Source: Octopus bimaculoides (taxonomy: Eukaryota). Taken from it: DNA of 38,727 bases. How positions within the stretch are numbered: position 1 is the stretch's first letter; every line of letters starts with the position of its first letter. Shown here piece by piece: positions 34,780-38,727 of the stretch. Made by a program: the position numbers and the translations under genes. The DNA lies in NCBI RefSeq assembly GCF_001194135.2, contig NC_068982.1, forward strand, positions 117,286,210 through 117,324,936, written 5' to 3'. The notes under the pieces are model-generated. The model had not been told where the DNA came from. It was given only the letters and a program-made list of their open reading frames with translations, and did not search any database.

Positions 34780-35200
34780 ACAAACAGGTGTCCTAAGACT
34801 TCCCACTTGTAAATTCAAGATTCAAATTTCGAGATATCAGACAATAACCAAACTTCTGTATAAGCTGAACAGTTTGCTTGTCAAGAAAGAAGTTATTTGT
34901 AAAGAAGAGAACAATGTCACTGGCCTACGAAATTACATTCTAATAAGCATATGGTTGCAGTAGAATACGATAAGTGTTTAAAAGTACAGATATGTTTATA
35001 AAATATAATTCATAGATACGATCCAGATATTCTGCGTACAAAACTCGCTTAGAAGTACTCGAGAGATTTAAACTTGGGCGGGTATAGAAGTAGATGTAGG
35101 TAAAGGCAAATTAGACATCTTTGAAGTTCTGTCATTGAACATCTCAAATGTATGATCTTTTGCCTGCAGATGGAGACTCCGCTCATCCTATGATTCAAAC
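34780..35200 (+). pseudogene. nAChR-like extracellular-domain remnant
   Basis: PLVNS; RNYILISIWLQ (34928-34960, compare KNQVLTTNVWLQ); EYDKCLK; YDPDIL (35023); DGDSAHPMIQTS. Confidence 0.45.
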
Positions 35201-35332
35201 AAGCCCCGAGAAATAGCTGTTGGATTCGTAATACTTTTTCTCTGCTCTTCTAATTCTCTATTTCTTTTGTACTTTATGTAAGTCGGGCCTTTTTACATAT
35301 GTACATATATGTATATATATATATATATATAT

Positions 35333-35687
35333 NNNNNNNNNNNNNNNNNNNNNNNNNNNNNNNNNNNNNNNNNNNNNNNNNNNNNNNNNNNNNNNNNNNN
35401 NNNNNNNNNNNNNNNNNNNNNNNNNNNNNNNNNNNNNNNNNNNNNNNNNNNNNNNNNNNNNNNNNNNNNNNNNNNNNNNNNNNNNNNNNNNNNNNNNNNN
35501 NNNNNNNNNNNNNNNNNNNNNNNNNNNNNNNNNNNNNNNNNNNNNNNNNNNNNNNNNNNNNNNNNNNNNNNNNNNNNNNNNNNNNNNNNNNNNNNNNNNN
35601 NNNNNNNNNNNNNNNNNNNNNNNNNNNNNNNNNNNNNNNNNNNNNNNNNNNNNNNNNNNNNNNNNNNNNNNNNNNNNNNNNNNNNNN
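35333..35687. other. Assembly gap flanked by (AT)n
   Basis: N run. Confidence 1.
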
Positions 35688-35714
35688 TATATATATATAT
35701 ATATATATGATATA

Positions 35715-36660
35715 CATACTTATCGGTGAAGACCGAGCTGAACTCCATTCTGATGTGCATGCATTAAGCTAATGGGTAAACAAATGCACATGAGGGAAAA
35801 TTTGAACAGATTTTAGGAAATAGACTGCACAATCATATTCTACTCACAGCATCAGGAATTTAGGATTGTTGACAACGATCTCAGAACTTTCCGGTTCAGA
35901 GAGCAAGATGTCATTATACTTATCTTCTCCTCCTTTTACGGCCGCACCTAGAATTCTTCTGGCACCTATTTTCTTCCCACACCGATCAAAGCATTAGTAA
36001 AAATGAGTCACCCCAGAGAGCAATCACCGAAAAAATAAAAGGTATGACCGATTTTGATTATTGGGACCACCACAAAGCACTGAATTTGTATTCTCTCAAG
36101 CCCCACTGTGAACGCTAATAATTTACGCAATGTGGATAATATGCCATCATCATACCCACTGGTTGTATACTTCTCTCAAAATCTCGAAAACCTCTTTGCC
36201 TGTGAAATTTGAGGTCTTTCGATGGGAGATACAAATGTATTTCGGCAAATTTCTGCTTCATATTTTGACTGGAATGTTAAAAGCAAGTTTGATAATACCG
36301 GTATATACTCTTAAATAGTAAAAAACGGGTTGCAAGTTACCATCTTGTGTTTCTATGCGTGTGTCCATTGTGATCATTTTGCTTACAAGAAACATTTTCT
36401 ATCTCTTGGCGCATTACTATAGCTTGGAATTATGATGTAAGGATGTTCTTTCTATATCATTCTTCACAACATTGCCTAACATGGAGAGATGAAAGTTGAT
36501 TTTTATGCTAATACATTTGGCTATTTCATTTGGCTTCATAGAACAATGCTATGTACTAGGGTATAATTTTATGCTGTTTTAAAGGCAAATGCCTGTTTTA
36601 AGATCATTACCAGCTGGAAGATTCAAATATATTCCTTTCAACAGTTCGATGTTTCTTCTA
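35715..36660 (-). pseudogene. Cys-loop receptor subunit pseudogene, near full length
   Basis: One minus frame: IELLKGIY, NEIAKCISIKINFHLS, MDTRIETQDG (36339-36368), YNQWV**WHII. After a shift: LAFTVGLER (36092-36118), EEKISI (35915-35932), VQLGLHR. The TM1-TM2 spacer is too long. Confidence 0.45.
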
Positions 36661-36959
36661 AATTCATTGGTTTCCTCTTGGCTTGTTTTAAATGGTTAAC
36701 AGGCCATCACCGTGGTTAAGACCATCCTTTAATTCCTGGAATATTATTTGCATTGAATTTGCGATATATAATCCAATAATTCTGCTAAATTTAGGGGAAA
36801 CGTTAGAGCCTATACTAACATTAAAAAAATCAGTGATCTTTATTTGTCCTTAATCAGTAAAGTATTTTCACAAGAAGGTATCGATCACATTGCATCATAA
36901 AATTCTCTGAATCAGCGATCTATATAACTAGTTTCCAGCAAACAGAAAATGACTCGGCG

Positions 36960-37720
36960 ATATTAATTTGAACATAGACTGATGTGGGACAGAATATGTT
37001 ATTAAGTATTGCATTGTCTTAAACATATAAGGGGATTCGTCGGTTTTAACTATACAATTTAAGTGCATGCGATTTCATTTCAGATTAATGAAATGCGCAT
37101 TAACGCACATCTCTACTCTCGATATTACCGATGTCATCCAAAGGAAAGACCAACGTTTAGGAACGGTACGGACCGAAAACAGTATCGTCGCAGACATTGC
37201 AGTGATATCGTAAGATGCTGGAGCAACCGCGATATTTTCTAATATTTCCGCAATTCGCCGGTTTATATTCGTAATTTTTTTTTTATCGAACTTTAAACGA
37301 TGAAAGGCGAAGTTGACCTAGGTTGTATTCTACTTGAGATCTCAGAGATTCGGAAAAAATATTCTATTAAACGCACTAACGACTCTGCCAATTCACCTCC
37401 TTTGTCAAAAACTATAATTCTAATTCTTATTTCGATTTTTAGCCTGGTTATTTAATGTAGAAAGAAAAGTATGGTTTTTATCGTAGACATTGAAGTCTGT
37501 CAATTGTTGGTAAAAATGGTAGTAATTTATTTTGTCTTTGACATTGTCATTTTGGTTTTGTATGTGTTAGATGGTAATGATTTGTGTGTAATGTTATCTA
37601 TTTCATTTTTTCTTCTGACTGGACAAAAATACTTTGTAACGATAAAAAGCTTTGCTTATCAGAAAAGAGAAGCCATTCAGTTCTATCTCAAAGACATCCT
37701 TAATCAACACAGTTAATTTT
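36960..37720 (+). pseudogene. Cys-loop receptor remnant interrupted by a SINE
   Basis: EHRLMWDRICY (36970-37002, D.RL.WDP..Y register), GTVR (37160), CSDIVR (37198). After the SINE: RKKSMVFIVDI (37459) and MLSISFFLLTGQ (ORF 37471). Confidence 0.45.
37270..37402 (-). mobile_element. Decayed SINE family B
   Basis: ttttatcgaactttaaacgatgaaaggcgaagttgaccta...actaacgactctgccaattcacc. Confidence 0.7.
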
Positions 37721-38009
37721 GTTCTGCCGAATTAGATGCACATTTAAAAACAAAACCAAAATGTAACTCATTGAACTTATTTTCCTCAGCAAAAAGACAT
37801 CAAGCGTCATATCTCTTACGTTTAAAGTATTAACACATTGATTACGGAAATTTGATTTAATCTCCAAAGAGATTATTCGATTCTGCTTCTCAGTAAGAGG
37901 TTAGTTTGAGGATCAGTTACTCATGTGCATTTCAACCCCGTTAAATATCAATTATTTACTTTCAGTCGCTTGGTGTAGTCATTCATCTCCTATCGGTCAT
38001 AATCAGGTG

Positions 38010-38093
38010 TACATCTATATATACATATCTATATCTAAGTATCTATCTGTGTGTTTGTGTGTGTGTCTGTTTGTCTGTCTCTGTCTCTCTCTC

Positions 38094-38138
<45 letters not shown>

Positions 38139-38150
38139 TTTTTTTTTCCA
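38010..38150. repeat. Mixed (GT)/(CT)/(AT)n microsatellite
   Basis: Direct reading. Confidence 0.9.
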
Positions 38151-38599
38151 GAGGATGTAGAAACCGTTACCAATATAGCATAAGAACTTACCTTAGGGGA
38201 TCATTAACTAGATTCCTTAAGGGTCGTTCTCACAGTTTATATTTATATTATAAGGTTTTTAACTTTTAAATTTTCATATTCAAAGGAGACAGAGATTTCA
38301 AATTCGATATATCGATTTATTCACCACTCTATGTTAACATTTCTGTGCCAAACTTATCCAGTGACTGGTTAATTCGATTTAGACATTTGGCACTTTTTCA
38401 GAAGTGGTTACCATTCGAACAAAACACGAAAAAACACAAGCATAACTATCATTAGATCCTTAGAATCTCGATAGATTTCATCTTTGTTATTCTAGGGGAG
38501 ATAACTCCTTAATTTTCTATTTTTATTGCTCTTCTGTGGATTTCCACTAGATTAATTAATTATTGTTTATTTCTCTTTACTATACTATATTACCCGTTC

Positions 38600-38692
38600 C
38601 TTTACCCGTATACATATGCATACATACACTCTACCCGTATATGTATCCATATATACATACACACACACATATACATACATATATGTATACAC

Positions 38693-38727
<35 letters not shown>
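38600..38727. repeat. (CA)/(TACA)/(AT)n microsatellite
   Basis: Direct reading. Confidence 0.9.

Noticed and set aside
1172-37402. Strand bias of family-B SINEs (5 of 6 on the minus strand) as evidence of a host intron
   Set aside because: Too few copies to differ from chance.
38160-38600. Further receptor remnant (DIWH string)
   Set aside because: Only one weak motif and no ordered series.

Overview
AT-rich, microsatellite-dense eukaryotic DNA with four N-gaps (about 2.1 kb in total). The SINE families and repeat landscape point to an octopus genome (inference). No intact host gene, rRNA, tRNA gene or CRISPR array is visible. Recognisable mobile DNA: about 11 tRNA-derived SINE copies in two families, an RTE LINE with a 5' inversion, two R4/Dong LINE fragments, a LINE-like 3' end carrying two intact C2H2 fingers, a Penelope-like GIY-YIG ORF plus a pLTR-like inverted repeat with a hammerhead-like core, and four Tc1/mariner relics (DD36E, mariner-type, two DD37D). 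The main unexplained signal lies in the unique DNA between these elements. Manual six-frame reading repeatedly gives stop- and frameshift-riddled, apparently intronless remnants of Cys-loop ligand-gated ion channel subunits (nAChR-like, some resembling octopus chemotactile receptors): about 6 well-supported and 10 or more weaker fragments, on both strands. This suggests a densely packed pseudogene graveyard of a receptor cluster. These calls come from motif matching by eye against recalled consensus sequences and need a frameshift-aware HMM test. A roughly 490-bp tandem repeat that folds back on itself at about 2596 is the second notable structure. Most ORFs in the supplied track are microsatellite or gap artefacts.
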